DNA of 64,000 bases from an uncultured Gemmatimonadales bacterium (GCA_963779755.1 CAVZZO010000001.1:864001-928000); one strand, 5' to 3'; positions 27,618 through 37,347 are shown, numbered from the stretch's first letter. Numbers and translations are program-made. Notes: a model not told the origin generated them from the letters alone.

Positions 27618-27746
27618 GATCTTTTCTGTCAAGAGTTTACGTGATTGGACGAGTGGGGAATATAAAAGGAAAGGCGGCCGCGGGTGAGCGGGCGTCCGCC
27701 GCGGGTGTCCGGGGGTTCGCAAGGCTCGCCGTGGCAGGCAGCCGCG

Positions 27747-27807
27747 AAAAAAAGGTCAAAGGTCAAAGGTCAGACCGGCTCCGACCTTTGACCTTCGACC
27801 TTTGACC
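27747..27807 (-). terminator. Palindrome of AAAGGTC heptamers with a T-tract
   Basis: (AAAGGTC)x3, loop, (GACCTTY)x3, ending in a T7 run on the minus strand, downstream of 27828..28286. Confidence 0.65.
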
Positions 27808-27827
27808 CTGCTTCAGCCGCCGATGGC

Positions 27828-28286
27828 CTACCGCGTCGAGTCCTCCACTTCGCCTTTCTCCTCACCCTTCTTGTGCTGCATCGGCTTCTTCACCGGCTGC
27901 TTCTCCAGCAGGCGCAGGGTGGCCGCGCCGGCCGTGGTGTTCAGCACCTTGATCTGGTAGATCGCCGTGGCGTAGGGGCGAAGCGTGTAGATCTCGCCGC
28001 CGGTGACGGACTGGCCCGGCACCGTCCGCGCGAGATACGGTGCCTGGACCGACCGGTCAATCGGATTGATCTCCAACTGCACCCCGCTCTGGTTCAATTC
28101 GGCGCGATACTGGTGTCCCTTTTCGAGCTTGAGTCGGACGAATTCGTTGGTGCCGCCGACGAAATCGTGGTCGTAGACCGGGACATACGTGCTGTCAACC
28201 TGGGTCAGGTCGGTCTGGCCGGTCTGCTGCGCTGCCAGCACCGGCGGCAGCAGCAGGAACACACCGGCAAGGATCAGTTTCTTCAT
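27828..28286 (-). CDS. Hypothetical secreted protein
   Basis: Signal peptide MKKLILAGVFLLLPPVLA; AGGAG SD; beta-rich mature region. Confidence 0.7.
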   Translation of the reverse strand: MKKLILAGVFLLLPPVLAAQQTGQTDLTQVDSTYVPVYDHDFVGGTNEFVRLKLEKGHQYRAELNQSGVQLEINPIDRSVQAPYLARTVPGQSVTGGEIYTLRPYATAIYQIKVLNTTAGAATLRLLEKQPVKKPMQHKKGEEKGEVEDSTR

Positions 28287-28306
28287 TGCAACTCCTGGGT
28301 CTGGAA

Positions 28307-29356
28307 CTATGCGGGCCTCCCCTCTACCCTCTCCAGTAATGCCCGGGCGACCTCCTGCGTCGCACCCCGGCCTCCAAGGTCCGGGGTTACCGGCCCGGAG
28401 GCCAGGACCTGGCTCACAGCCGATTCCAGGCGCCGCGCCGCGGCCGGCACGCCCAGGGTTTCCAGCAGCAGGGCGCCGGTCAGCGTCGCGGCCATGGGGT
28501 TGGCCACGCCCTTGCCCGCCAGAGGCGGCGCCGAGCCGTGCACCGGCTCGAACAGCCCGGGCCGGCCAGGATGCAGGTTGGCGCTGGCGGCGACCCCCAG
28601 GCCTCCCACCAGGCCCGCGCCCAGGTCGGAAAGGATGTCGCCGTAGAGATTTCCCGCGACGATCACCTGAAATCGGCCCGGATCCCGGACCATCTCCATC
28701 GCCAGCGCATCGACGTAGCGATGCTCCCGCTCGATCCCGGGAAAGTCTCCTCCTACTTCCTCGAAGATCCGGCCCCAGATCCGCTGAAAGGGGATAGCGT
28801 TGGATTTGTCGGTCATGGTGATCCGGGTGCGGCCGTGCTCCCGGGCCCACTCGAAGGCGGCGCGGATGATGCGCTCCACGCCCTTGCGGGTGTGGACTTC
28901 CTCGGAGACCTGCCGCTCGCCGGGGGTGCCTTCCCCCTCGCTGTGCCCCAGCGCCAGGTACTGGCCTTCGGTGTTCTCCCGGAAAATGGCGATGTCGATC
29001 ACGGGGGCGTGCGCCAGGGGAGTAAGCCGGGGATGAAGCAGGACCACCGGGCGGAAGTTGATGTAGAGGTCGAGCCGGAAGCGAAGTCCCAGCAGGATAT
29101 CGCGCGCATGCTGGTTGCCGGGGACCCGGGGATCACCCAGCGCGCCCAGGAAGATGCCGTCCACCTCGTCCCGCAGGTGGGCGAAGGCGTGGTCCGGGAG
29201 GGTTTCTCCGGTCGCGAGGTAATGCTCGGCCGAGTACGGCAGTCGCTCGCTTTCCAGCGAGACGCCTTCCAGGCTCGCTGCCCGCTCGATCACCGGCCAG
29301 GCGGCGTCCACCACCTCCGGTCCGATCCCATCGCCGGGAATGAGCGCGATCTTCAT
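28307..29356 (-). CDS. Isocitrate/isopropylmalate dehydrogenase family (LeuB-like)
   Basis: IPGDGIGPEV, LRFRLDLYINFRP, RENTEG, DKSN, NLYGDILSDL, EPVHGSAP. Confidence 0.92.
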   Translation of the reverse strand: MKIALIPGDGIGPEVVDAAWPVIERAASLEGVSLESERLPYSAEHYLATGETLPDHAFAHLRDEVDGIFLGALGDPRVPGNQHARDILLGLRFRLDLYINFRPVVLLHPRLTPLAHAPVIDIAIFRENTEGQYLALGHSEGEGTPGERQVSEEVHTRKGVERIIRAAFEWAREHGRTRITMTDKSNAIPFQRIWGRIFEEVGGDFPGIEREHRYVDALAMEMVRDPGRFQVIVAGNLYGDILSDLGAGLVGGLGVAASANLHPGRPGLFEPVHGSAPPLAGKGVANPMAATLTGALLLETLGVPAAARRLESAVSQVLASGPVTPDLGGRGATQEVARALLERVEGRPA

Positions 29357-29384
29357 ACTGCCGCTCCTGCCATTCTGCCCATGC

Positions 29385-30080
29385 TCATTCTCCCAGCGGG
29401 TGTCCGCAATTGACGCAGTGCCGCCAGCCGAGCTCCAGTTCGGCCTGGCACTCCGGGCAGCGGATGATTGTCTGGCTTTCGCCGCAGTGCGGGCAGAAAT
29501 TGACGGTCCGCCCGGCGGGGAGCAGGCCCCCGCAGTAGCCGCAACGGCCGCCGCCGTCTTCCATCTCCACCGGCTCGCTGGAGGCGGGTTCCGCATGCGC
29601 CGCGACGGGCTCGATCCGCAACCCGGAGGGTGAGGCTTCAGGCGGGACCGGGGCGGGGGGGATCGGAGGCGCAGGGGGCGGCGGTTCCGGCCGGCTGACG
29701 GTCTCCTCCGGCGGGGCGAATTCTTCCTCGTCGTCCGGGCCCAGCGCATAGGCCAGCGGCTCCGTGGCGAGGATCAGCCGCGCGTCCTTCCACGTCTGCA
29801 GCAGGGTCAGGTCCGGGTTCGTGGACGCGACTTCCTGGCGGAACATCGCCTGCGCCTCGGGTGGGTCGGTCTGGACAAATCCCCCCTCTCCCGCACAGAG
29901 TCGTAGGAGCAGCAGGTCGTAATCTTCCGCGCTGTCCACCTGCAGTGCCCGGCGATTGGCGCGATAGGGGATGATGTTCGCCAGCAGGTCTTCCAGGACG
30001 ACCGGCTGGTGCAGCCGCACCGGATCGATCGCGACGAGGTTGTCCACCAGGCGCCGGAACACGCGTTCGAGATCGGTCAT
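29385..30080 (-). CDS. Double zinc-ribbon protein with Pro-rich linker
   Basis: CGYC, FCPHCG, CPEC, HCVNCG; start MTDLER. Confidence 0.8.
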   Translation of the reverse strand: MTDLERVFRRLVDNLVAIDPVRLHQPVVLEDLLANIIPYRANRRALQVDSAEDYDLLLLRLCAGEGGFVQTDPPEAQAMFRQEVASTNPDLTLLQTWKDARLILATEPLAYALGPDDEEEFAPPEETVSRPEPPPPAPPIPPAPVPPEASPSGLRIEPVAAHAEPASSEPVEMEDGGGRCGYCGGLLPAGRTVNFCPHCGESQTIIRCPECQAELELGWRHCVNCGHPLGE

Positions 30081-30161
30081 GGCAGGAACCGGGAATCGGG
30101 AATCAGGGAAATCTGTCCGTCCCCGGCACGCAGGCCAACCCTCAACCGAGACGCGCCCGAT

Positions 30162-30893
30162 ATGCATGCCTTCCCGCCTCCCGAATCACCGCGGTCGTTC
30201 TGGCTCCGATGGGTGTTCGCCAACACCTGGAGCGAGCTGGTGGGATTGGGCGGCACGGCCGCGGTGGCGGTGGCGCTGCATCGCTTCTGGGCCGGCGGCC
30301 CGGCCCCCGGGCGTGCCATCCTGAGCGCGCTCATCGTTCTGGCCTCCGGCGCGCTGCTGGAGGGCGGCCTGGTAGGGGTGGCCCAGTGGAAGGTGCTGCA
30401 ATATCAGCTACCCCTCCTGCCGGCGCTCCCCTGGGTCCGCTCGACCATTGCCGGTGCCGCCCTGGCCTGGGCGCTGGGACTCATTCCCATCATGGCGGCG
30501 CAACTGACGCAGCCCGCGGCCGCGGCTGCTCCGGCGCCGCATGGAGGCGCGGTGCTGGCCCTCGCCCTGGCGATGGGGTTCCTGCTGGGGCCGATCCTCG
30601 CCATTCCGCAGGCCTTTGTGCTGCGGGGCTACGTTTCGGGGGCAGGTTGGTGGATTCCCGCCAACGCCCTGGCCTGGGCGCTCGGCATGGTGGTGATCTT
30701 CGCCGGCGCCTCCAGCATCCCGGCCGGCCTCGGCGTCTGGGCTCTTGCCGGCTGGATCGGCGGCACCTGTCTCGTGGCCGGCCTGGTCGTGGGCGGAGTG
30801 CACGGGGCGGCGATGGTCTGGTTGTTGGGCTCGGGAAAAAGGGAAACGGGAAGGGGTGAAACGGTGGGGTATGACGTGGGACCTGGCGCGTGA
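30162..30893 (+). CDS. Hypothetical multi-pass membrane protein
   Basis: About 6 TM with internal repeat (VAQWKVL..W / IPQAFVL..WWI). Confidence 0.7.
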   Translation: MHAFPPPESPRSFWLRWVFANTWSELVGLGGTAAVAVALHRFWAGGPAPGRAILSALIVLASGALLEGGLVGVAQWKVLQYQLPLLPALPWVRSTIAGAALAWALGLIPIMAAQLTQPAAAAAPAPHGGAVLALALAMGFLLGPILAIPQAFVLRGYVSGAGWWIPANALAWALGMVVIFAGASSIPAGLGVWALAGWIGGTCLVAGLVVGGVHGAAMVWLLGSGKRETGRGETVGYDVGPGA

Positions 30894-30900
30894 GGGGGGT

Positions 30901-31695
30901 GTGAAGGGGGGCCGGAAGCGCGGCTGGAGGCGAACCGTACTGCTGCTCGGGGGCGCCCTGCTCCTGGTTCCGGCGCCGGCCCTCCGGGCCCAGGTCAATA
31001 CGGAGCGGCTGCGCCGGAGCGTCGAGCAGCCGGGGGTCAGCGGGTCGGCCGGGCTCAATGCCCTGGTGCGCACGGGGAACGTCTCGCTGGTGCTTCTCAG
31101 CTCGAATGCCCGGGTGGACTACGATGCCGGCCGGTGGATCGTCTTCCTGGTCGGGACGGGCGACGTGGGATGGCAGGACGGCGAGCGGTTCTCCAATGCC
31201 GGCCTGCTGCACTTCCGGCAGGGCTGGCTGGCCCGCCCCTGGCTACAGCCGGAGACGTTCGAGCAGATCGACTACGATCGCTCGCGTAGCCTGTCGTTCC
31301 GGGCGCTGCTGGGGGGCGGCCCCCGGTTCAACCTTCTCCGCGGGCCGCTCTGGCACCTGTCGCTGGGAACGGCCGTCATGTTCGAGCACGAGGAGCTGGA
31401 TCTGCCTCCGGGATCGGTACATCCGCGGCAGACCGATGTTCTGCGCTGGAGCAATTATCTCACCGCCAGCGCCGGCGAGGGGCGGCGGGTCGCGGCGGTG
31501 TTTACGGTGTATGCCCAGCCGCGGTTCAGCGATTTCGGCGATGTCCACCTCCTGGCCGACGGACGGCTTGCCGTGCAGTTGACGGGGACGCTCTCGCTGA
31601 CCCAGACGCTCAATCTGCGGTACGACAGCCGCCCGCCTGACGCCACCAGGAGTCTGGACACGACCTGGCAGACGGGCCTGGCGGTCGAATGGTAG
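30901..31695 (+). CDS. DUF481-like outer-membrane beta-barrel protein
   Basis: Signal peptide ending AQVNTE; amphipathic strands; YDSRPP; terminal aromatic GLAVEW; alternative start at 30871. Confidence 0.75.
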   Translation: MKGGRKRGWRRTVLLLGGALLLVPAPALRAQVNTERLRRSVEQPGVSGSAGLNALVRTGNVSLVLLSSNARVDYDAGRWIVFLVGTGDVGWQDGERFSNAGLLHFRQGWLARPWLQPETFEQIDYDRSRSLSFRALLGGGPRFNLLRGPLWHLSLGTAVMFEHEELDLPPGSVHPRQTDVLRWSNYLTASAGEGRRVAAVFTVYAQPRFSDFGDVHLLADGRLAVQLTGTLSLTQTLNLRYDSRPPDATRSLDTTWQTGLAVEW

Positions 31696-31853
31696 ATTTC
31701 CCGAGCCGGGCGCTGCGTTGAACAAAGACCGCATTGCCGGGAGGGGGTATGGCTCACCCGGCTCGTCGAGCTGCTGCTGATGGCGGGGTACGTGTGCTAC
31801 GCGTTCAATCTCATGGCGGCGTGGATGCCGATGCAGGACGCCTTCTTCCCGTC

Positions 31854-32474
31854 CTATTCCCGGATTCCAATCTCCTCGCCCGCTCGGAGCCGCTCTTCCA
31901 GGTGCTGGAACGCGGCGTCGGGATCATAGTCTTCGTACCGGCCTCGGGTGCGCTGCGTTGCGAGCCACGACGCGAAACCCGATTCGATCGCCCCTTCGGA
32001 CGTCACCTGCCGGGTCGCGGCATCCACCGCCAGGTCGTTGGCGTATTCGTTCTTCGGATGGCCGGCATGGCCGCGGACCCAGGTCCACTGCACCTCGTGG
32101 GCTCCAGCCGAGCCGACCAGCGCCTGCCAGAGGCTGAGGTTCTCGATCTCGCCTCCCTTGCGCCGCCAGCCCCGGGCCACCCAGCCGGGGATCCACTCGC
32201 GCATGCCTTTGACCAGATACTCGGAATCGGAGACCATGAGCACGCGGAGCCGCTGGCCCTTGGCGGCGAGCAGCTGTAGCGCCGCGATGGCTCCGGCGAG
32301 CGCCATCCGGTTGTTGGTGGTCTCGGGGGCGTGAATAAAGAAGTCCCGCCGCTGGACGCCGGAGGCGGTGCGCGCCTCGATGAGTCCGCCCGCACCGCCC
32401 GGATTGGGGCCTTCCCGGCCGTTGCCGAGGCAGCTCTCGTCGAGATGAATAATGGCGATGGGAATCTTGCTCAT
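31854..32474 (-). CDS. rnhA: Ribonuclease HI (variant active site)
   Basis: DESCLGNG..GG.G, TTNNRM, SDSEY..G..W, NLSLW, WVRGHAGHPKNE. Confidence 0.9.
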   Translation of the reverse strand: MSKIPIAIIHLDESCLGNGREGPNPGGAGGLIEARTASGVQRRDFFIHAPETTNNRMALAGAIAALQLLAAKGQRLRVLMVSDSEYLVKGMREWIPGWVARGWRRKGGEIENLSLWQALVGSAGAHEVQWTWVRGHAGHPKNEYANDLAVDAATRQVTSEGAIESGFASWLATQRTRGRYEDYDPDAAFQHLEERLRAGEEIGIRE

Positions 32475-32574
32475 GACCCAAGATAGCCGGGCCCCGATCC
32501 TGGGCCATCCGCCGCCCTCTTCCCCTTCCGCACCCTCTGCTCACTCCACACCATCTGCCCACTCCGCCCACTCT

Positions 32575-35124
32575 CTAATAGAGGAACCCGATCCTGAGAT
32601 AGAATCCCCCCCGCTCGTCCGTTGCCGCCCAGGTGGCGCTCAGCGTGGCCAGCGGGTCCACGACCGATACCCAGACGCCGCCGCCCACCGACGAATGCCA
32701 GGTATCGGACCGCTGGCCCGCCACCCATACGCGGCCCGCATCGGCCAGGCCGTGCACTCCGATCGTAAGAGGAAAGAGCACGGTTGCGTGTGCCAGGGTC
32801 AGCCGCAATTCGGCGTTGCCGTACGCCGATGCGTCCCCCGCATAGCGGTCGGTGAGCACTCCCCGCACCGATTGCGCGCCGCCCAGGAACGCCGCTTCGT
32901 ACCAGGGATAGTGCCCCCAGACGCGCTTGCCTCCGGCCCGGAGCGCGAGGACGGGTGCGAACGGTAGCGGCGCGCCGAGGTAGGTCTCGACGTTGCCATG
33001 CACCTCGCCGAAGCTCCGGGTGATGTCCCAGGCGCCGGGGTAGAACGCCGCGCCCAGTTCGATCCGCGAGCCGGAGGAGGGGGCGGTGCTCCGATTCCGT
33101 TTATCCACCACCGCACCGGCCCGAAGCCCGAGTTGACCCACATCACCCGACCCGTACCTGCCGCTCCCGCTGATCAGCCGGCCGGCGACCGAGTCGGTGC
33201 GATTGTATGCCAGGACGCCGTTCAGGAAGGCCCGGAAGGAACCCTTCTCCAGCGCGATCCCCGCCTCGGCGCCGTACTGCCTGAGGCCGGCACGCGCCAC
33301 CGAATCGGGAAGATCGGGCGTGTCGTTCCCGATGCCGTAGAATCGCACCGCCTCCAGCCCGGAGAGCCGCAGCCGCGCAAACGGATACCAGCCGCCGCCC
33401 TCGCTGCGCCGGTCGCCGTCCAGCGTAACCCGGAAGGCATCGAACGCCGAGGCCCAGCTCACCCGGAGCCCGACCCGCGAGTCGTAGGGCCGCCGCAGGA
33501 ATCCATAATTGAACCGGTCGGCGCCCAGGGTGAGCTGGAACCCGAAATCGTTATCCAGGCCGGCGGTGGCATAGGGCTGAATCGACTGGCCGAAATCCTT
33601 CTTCGGCATTACCCAGACTCCCTTCTCCTCCACCAGGGGACGCCAGTCGAAGGTGGAGTCGCCGCGATAGTGCAGCGAGTCCGTCCGGCCCCGGGCGTAC
33701 AGATGGGTGGGCCGGCTGCGGCCTCCCACGATCGAGCGGTCGTCCATCCGGTTGGTGCCGTTCCCCCCGACGACCCGCAGGGTGATGCTGCGGGTCGCCT
33801 CGCCCCGGATGAGCGCCGCGTCGTTGCCTTCGTGCAGGTAGACGCGGATTTCCGACGTTTGCTCCGGCCGGAAGGTGCGATCGAACCAGGCCGTGCTGTC
33901 TCCCGGCCGCAGCAGCCGGATACGGACAGCCCCGTCCGGCTCGCGGTCGGCGACCAGCGAATCCCGCTCGTCGGTGGCGTGCACGTCCGCGTGGCTCGAC
34001 ACCTTCACGAAGAGCCCCCGGGCTGCCTCCTCCAGCCGGTCTCGTCGCGCCCGGAGCACGCGCGCAATATGATCTCCCGATCGGGCGCGCCAGGGCGCCG
34101 GCAGGCGGGCGATCGCGCCGCTGATCACCGAATCGGTGATCCGGGCCTGCACGAAGCGGGTGACTGAATCCCATGCGCTCCAAGGCAGCGATACGAGCAG
34201 GCGGCGGTCCAGGTCGCGGCCGTTGACCGTGAGCCCGGTGATCTGATAATGCGGCCCGAGGGTGACCAGCTTGGGCTGGCTGTAGCGGACGATGGCCAGG
34301 ATGAGGCCGTCGAAGTCCACCAGCGCCTGGTCGCGGTCGCGCGGAATGGGCTGCCACAGGGTATCGGGCGCCGCGCGGCCGGTCTCGGCGCCCCAGCGCC
34401 ACTGGTCTTCGTGCCGGTCCCAGTCGTTCACCAGCATGTCCACCAGCCGGACAGTGAGGAAGCGCCGGGCATCCACCCGGTTGGCGGGCGACCCGTTGAT
34501 CCGCTCGAGCAGCTTGTCGCTGCCGACGATCTTGCGGTAGCCCGCGAAGCCGGGCGTGTCGTGCGGTCCCTCATCCGGGTCTTCTTCGATTTCCCCCAGC
34601 ATGCCCGCGAACTCCTTGCGGTACTTGCCCAGTCGCGGATCATCGGGCATGACCGCCAGATGGGGGTGGGGGTGGGGCACGCCGACCGCCTCCAGCAACG
34701 GAGCGGTAACCAGCATGCCGCCGGGATGTTGGGCGCTGGTCTGGTCCCGGAGGATGTCCCGGACGAACGTCGTACGGAGCTTGGGCGGCAGGTTGGACGA
34801 AGGGTCCTTGTTGACCGAGCGGAAATCCCAGGGCCGGCCGGCGGCATCCTTCAGGTGGAGCGAGGTGGTCTGCATGCCGCCGCCCTTTTCCACCGGCTCG
34901 AGCCCGCCCCGGGCGCCCAGGTCTAGAAAGGGCACCCGGATGGTGTCGGTCCAGAGTGCGCGGTAATGGGTGCCGAAGAGCCAGCGGTGGAAGCCCCCGG
35001 CGGCGTAATGCCCGGCCACCACCGCGGTGTCCTGCGCGGCGGTGAGATCCTGGGCCGACACGGACGCGGCCGGCGCCAGCGCCAGCAGGCAGAGCAGCCC
35101 CGCTCCGGACGCGCGATATCTCAA
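32575..35124 (-). CDS. Secreted kinase-like domain fused to an Omp85/BamA-TamA-type beta-barrel
   Basis: Signal peptide; GGGMQTTSL, FRSVNKDP, DMLVNDWDRHEDQW, PRDRDQA; barrel with LGG..SVRG..DRYAGD and C-terminal FYLRIGFLY; TTGA overlap. Confidence 0.75.
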   Translation of the reverse strand: MRYRASGAGLLCLLALAPAASVSAQDLTAAQDTAVVAGHYAAGGFHRWLFGTHYRALWTDTIRVPFLDLGARGGLEPVEKGGGMQTTSLHLKDAAGRPWDFRSVNKDPSSNLPPKLRTTFVRDILRDQTSAQHPGGMLVTAPLLEAVGVPHPHPHLAVMPDDPRLGKYRKEFAGMLGEIEEDPDEGPHDTPGFAGYRKIVGSDKLLERINGSPANRVDARRFLTVRLVDMLVNDWDRHEDQWRWGAETGRAAPDTLWQPIPRDRDQALVDFDGLILAIVRYSQPKLVTLGPHYQITGLTVNGRDLDRRLLVSLPWSAWDSVTRFVQARITDSVISGAIARLPAPWRARSGDHIARVLRARRDRLEEAARGLFVKVSSHADVHATDERDSLVADREPDGAVRIRLLRPGDSTAWFDRTFRPEQTSEIRVYLHEGNDAALIRGEATRSITLRVVGGNGTNRMDDRSIVGGRSRPTHLYARGRTDSLHYRGDSTFDWRPLVEEKGVWVMPKKDFGQSIQPYATAGLDNDFGFQLTLGADRFNYGFLRRPYDSRVGLRVSWASAFDAFRVTLDGDRRSEGGGWYPFARLRLSGLEAVRFYGIGNDTPDLPDSVARAGLRQYGAEAGIALEKGSFRAFLNGVLAYNRTDSVAGRLISGSGRYGSGDVGQLGLRAGAVVDKRNRSTAPSSGSRIELGAAFYPGAWDITRSFGEVHGNVETYLGAPLPFAPVLALRAGGKRVWGHYPWYEAAFLGGAQSVRGVLTDRYAGDASAYGNAELRLTLAHATVLFPLTIGVHGLADAGRVWVAGQRSDTWHSSVGGGVWVSVVDPLATLSATWAATDERGGFYLRIGFLY

Positions 35125-36056
35125 TGGCTGCCGCCGGCCGGAGCTGGGGACGCAGCGGGGAAGCGATAGACCGCCACGATGGCGGGCAGGCGGCGCGCCT
35201 CATCGCTCAGGATGAGCAGGCCCCCCGGAGTCACCGTCACCCCTTCGCACTGTTCGTGGCCCGGCGGCAGCGGGCGGACCCAGCGAACCGCCCCCGTCGG
35301 CGTCACCAGGACCATGGCGTCTTCCAGCGCCGAAACCAGCAGATAGTCGCCCGAGGCGGGCACGACTTCGATCGCCGAGGGGTGGAACTCCTTCCAGTCC
35401 TGACCGCGGGCGATGGTCTTCTGCGGGATGGTCAGAGCCTGCAACTGATCGCGCCGGGGCCCGTGCACGGCATAGCGGTAGATCACCACGTCATCGTCGT
35501 ACTTCTTCTGATGGACGTGCTTGCAGGGGAGCAGCAGCTGTTGCCGGTCGGGATCGAAGGCCAGGCCTTCCAGTTCGCACTCGTGGCCCAGCCGGGTATC
35601 GTGGATGGTGTAGGACACATGCTCGCCATCATTGCCCTCGAAGGACTCGTAGATCTTCCCGTTGCTGGTCATGAGGTAAAGCCGGCCGCCGCCCAGGGCG
35701 ATGCCCTCGAAGTCTCCCGCCACCGGGCTGGCGCCCAGGTGAAACTGCTTGACGATCGTTCCGCGGCGGAAATCCAGCTCGTACACCGTGGCTCGCTCAT
35801 CCCCGTGCGCGAGGAGCCGGCCGTCCGGTGTGAGGGCGAGGCCCGAGATCTCCGACAGCGCCGACGGCATGATCCAGCGGGCCAGCACCGCGGTATCGGC
35901 TCCGGCCCCGCTGTCGGGACCGACCTGCAGCAGGGAATCCATGCGTGAGGCCCGCGCCGCCAGGGTGGCGGTATCCAGGCCTGGCCGGCCGCCGCCGCCG
36001 CGGCAGGCCGCGCACGCCAGCAACAGCAGCGCGACGGAGCGGCAGCCTCCTCGCAC
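35121..36056 (-). CDS. SdiA-regulated/YjiK-like beta-propeller lipoprotein
   Basis: Lipobox LACAAC; repeats EISGLAL, DFEGIAL, ELEGLAF, PSAIEV, QCEGVTV..LSDE; GTG start with GGAGAG SD. Confidence 0.75.
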   Translation of the reverse strand: MRGGCRSVALLLLACAACRGGGGRPGLDTATLAARASRMDSLLQVGPDSGAGADTAVLARWIMPSALSEISGLALTPDGRLLAHGDERATVYELDFRRGTIVKQFHLGASPVAGDFEGIALGGGRLYLMTSNGKIYESFEGNDGEHVSYTIHDTRLGHECELEGLAFDPDRQQLLLPCKHVHQKKYDDDVVIYRYAVHGPRRDQLQALTIPQKTIARGQDWKEFHPSAIEVVPASGDYLLVSALEDAMVLVTPTGAVRWVRPLPPGHEQCEGVTVTPGGLLILSDEARRLPAIVAVYRFPAASPAPAGGSH

Positions 36057-36060
36057 CGGG

Positions 36061-37140
36061 TCAACTCTCCGCGATGAAGTCGGCGCTCGCCTCCAGCTCC
36101 GCGCCGGAAATGGCGGAGCCCGCACCGGCCCGGACCGCCGTAAGCACCTCGTCCCGGGGGGTCTTCTTGCGGACCTTGATCAGGTAGTACAGCTCCGACG
36201 GCTTCCCCTCGTTGGTGATGACCTCATCCAGCCGCCAGCGTTTGGTGGTCTGCTCCAGCACCTGCTCGACCAGCCGCTGCGCCACCGAGACGTCCTCGGT
36301 GGTGACCCAGAGAACCGCGTTATAACGGCCCCGCTTCTTGCTGCTCTTGCCCATGAGCCCGCGCAGCCGCTCGAACCGGTCGGCCAGCGCGTTCGCCTTC
36401 TTCGGGTCCAGCGCCAGCATGAGGTCGCGGTCGGGAATCTCCTGGCCGTTGCCGTCGGCCAGCGTGGAGAGTGGCTCGGACCAGTGGCTGGCGGGGTGGG
36501 GCTCGAGCACGCTCCGGCCGAAGTCGCTGCGCCAGATGATCAGCAAGACGAAATTGAAGAGCATGCTGATCAGCCAGGCGACCGTCATCGCCTGTACTCC
36601 CGCCGCCAGGCCCACGCCGATGGCGAGAAAAACGAAGACCAGGTCGCGCGGATCTTTCAGCGTGTTCCGAAAGCGGACGCCCGCCATGATGCCCGCCAGG
36701 CCGAACGCCAGCGCGATGCTGTTGCGCACAATGAGGATAATGCCCGCCACGACGATCGGCAGAATGATGAGCGTCTGGACGATCGACTGCCGGTAGCCAC
36801 GGGTCTGCCGCTCCGACATGTAGACCCAGGAAACCGGCAGCATCAGCACCAGCGTGCCCAGCATCACCTCGACCGTCACGATGGCCATGTTGAGCCGGTC
36901 GGACAGCGGCAGCGCGGGAGTGGCGAATTCGGTGGAGTTGAGCCCGTCCTGCAGCAGCTTCGGTGTCGCCGTCAGCTCCCGCAGCCGTTCACCCGAGAAC
37001 ATCGGATTGAAGATTGTGGGAAAGAGCCAGAGCAGCAGCACCGTGATGCCGACGACTACCACGTAGTACGCCACCAGCCGCCGGAGCGGTGAGGACGATC
37101 CGATGGTGGCGACATCGAGTGTCTTGGAGAACCAGCGCAT
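36061..37140 (-). CDS. DUF4956-domain membrane protein
   Basis: NSIALAFGLAGIMAGVRFRNTLKDPRDLVFVFLAIGVGLAAG signature; C-terminal soluble alpha/beta domain. Confidence 0.8.
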   Translation of the reverse strand: MRWFSKTLDVATIGSSSPLRRLVAYYVVVVGITVLLLWLFPTIFNPMFSGERLRELTATPKLLQDGLNSTEFATPALPLSDRLNMAIVTVEVMLGTLVLMLPVSWVYMSERQTRGYRQSIVQTLIILPIVVAGIILIVRNSIALAFGLAGIMAGVRFRNTLKDPRDLVFVFLAIGVGLAAGVQAMTVAWLISMLFNFVLLIIWRSDFGRSVLEPHPASHWSEPLSTLADGNGQEIPDRDLMLALDPKKANALADRFERLRGLMGKSSKKRGRYNAVLWVTTEDVSVAQRLVEQVLEQTTKRWRLDEVITNEGKPSELYYLIKVRKKTPRDEVLTAVRAGAGSAISGAELEASADFIAES

Positions 37141-37347
37141 GCGATTCGGCTCCGGGTAAGTCACGCGCTCCCAACCGCTTGCGCGGAATGGGCCGGGGGC
37201 CTGCCTCGAACGTGGGGTCAACTATGAGGGGAAAACCGGGGCAGGGCTGTGACGTGGGTGACGTACCCGCTGTGGCGGGGATCCGCGGAGCTCGGGTGGT
37301 TCGAGAGGGCCGAGGGGGTCGAGAGAGTGGCTGCGAATTTCCAGTCT

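Noticed and set aside
31693..31930. TAG read-through extending the DUF481 protein
   Set aside because: The protein ends in a proper terminal aromatic beta-signal, and there is no evidence of pyrrolysine machinery.
37247..37266. Pho box upstream of DUF4956 (GTCAC direct repeat on the minus strand)
   Set aside because: The repeat spacing is 9 nt rather than the 11 nt expected for PhoB boxes.
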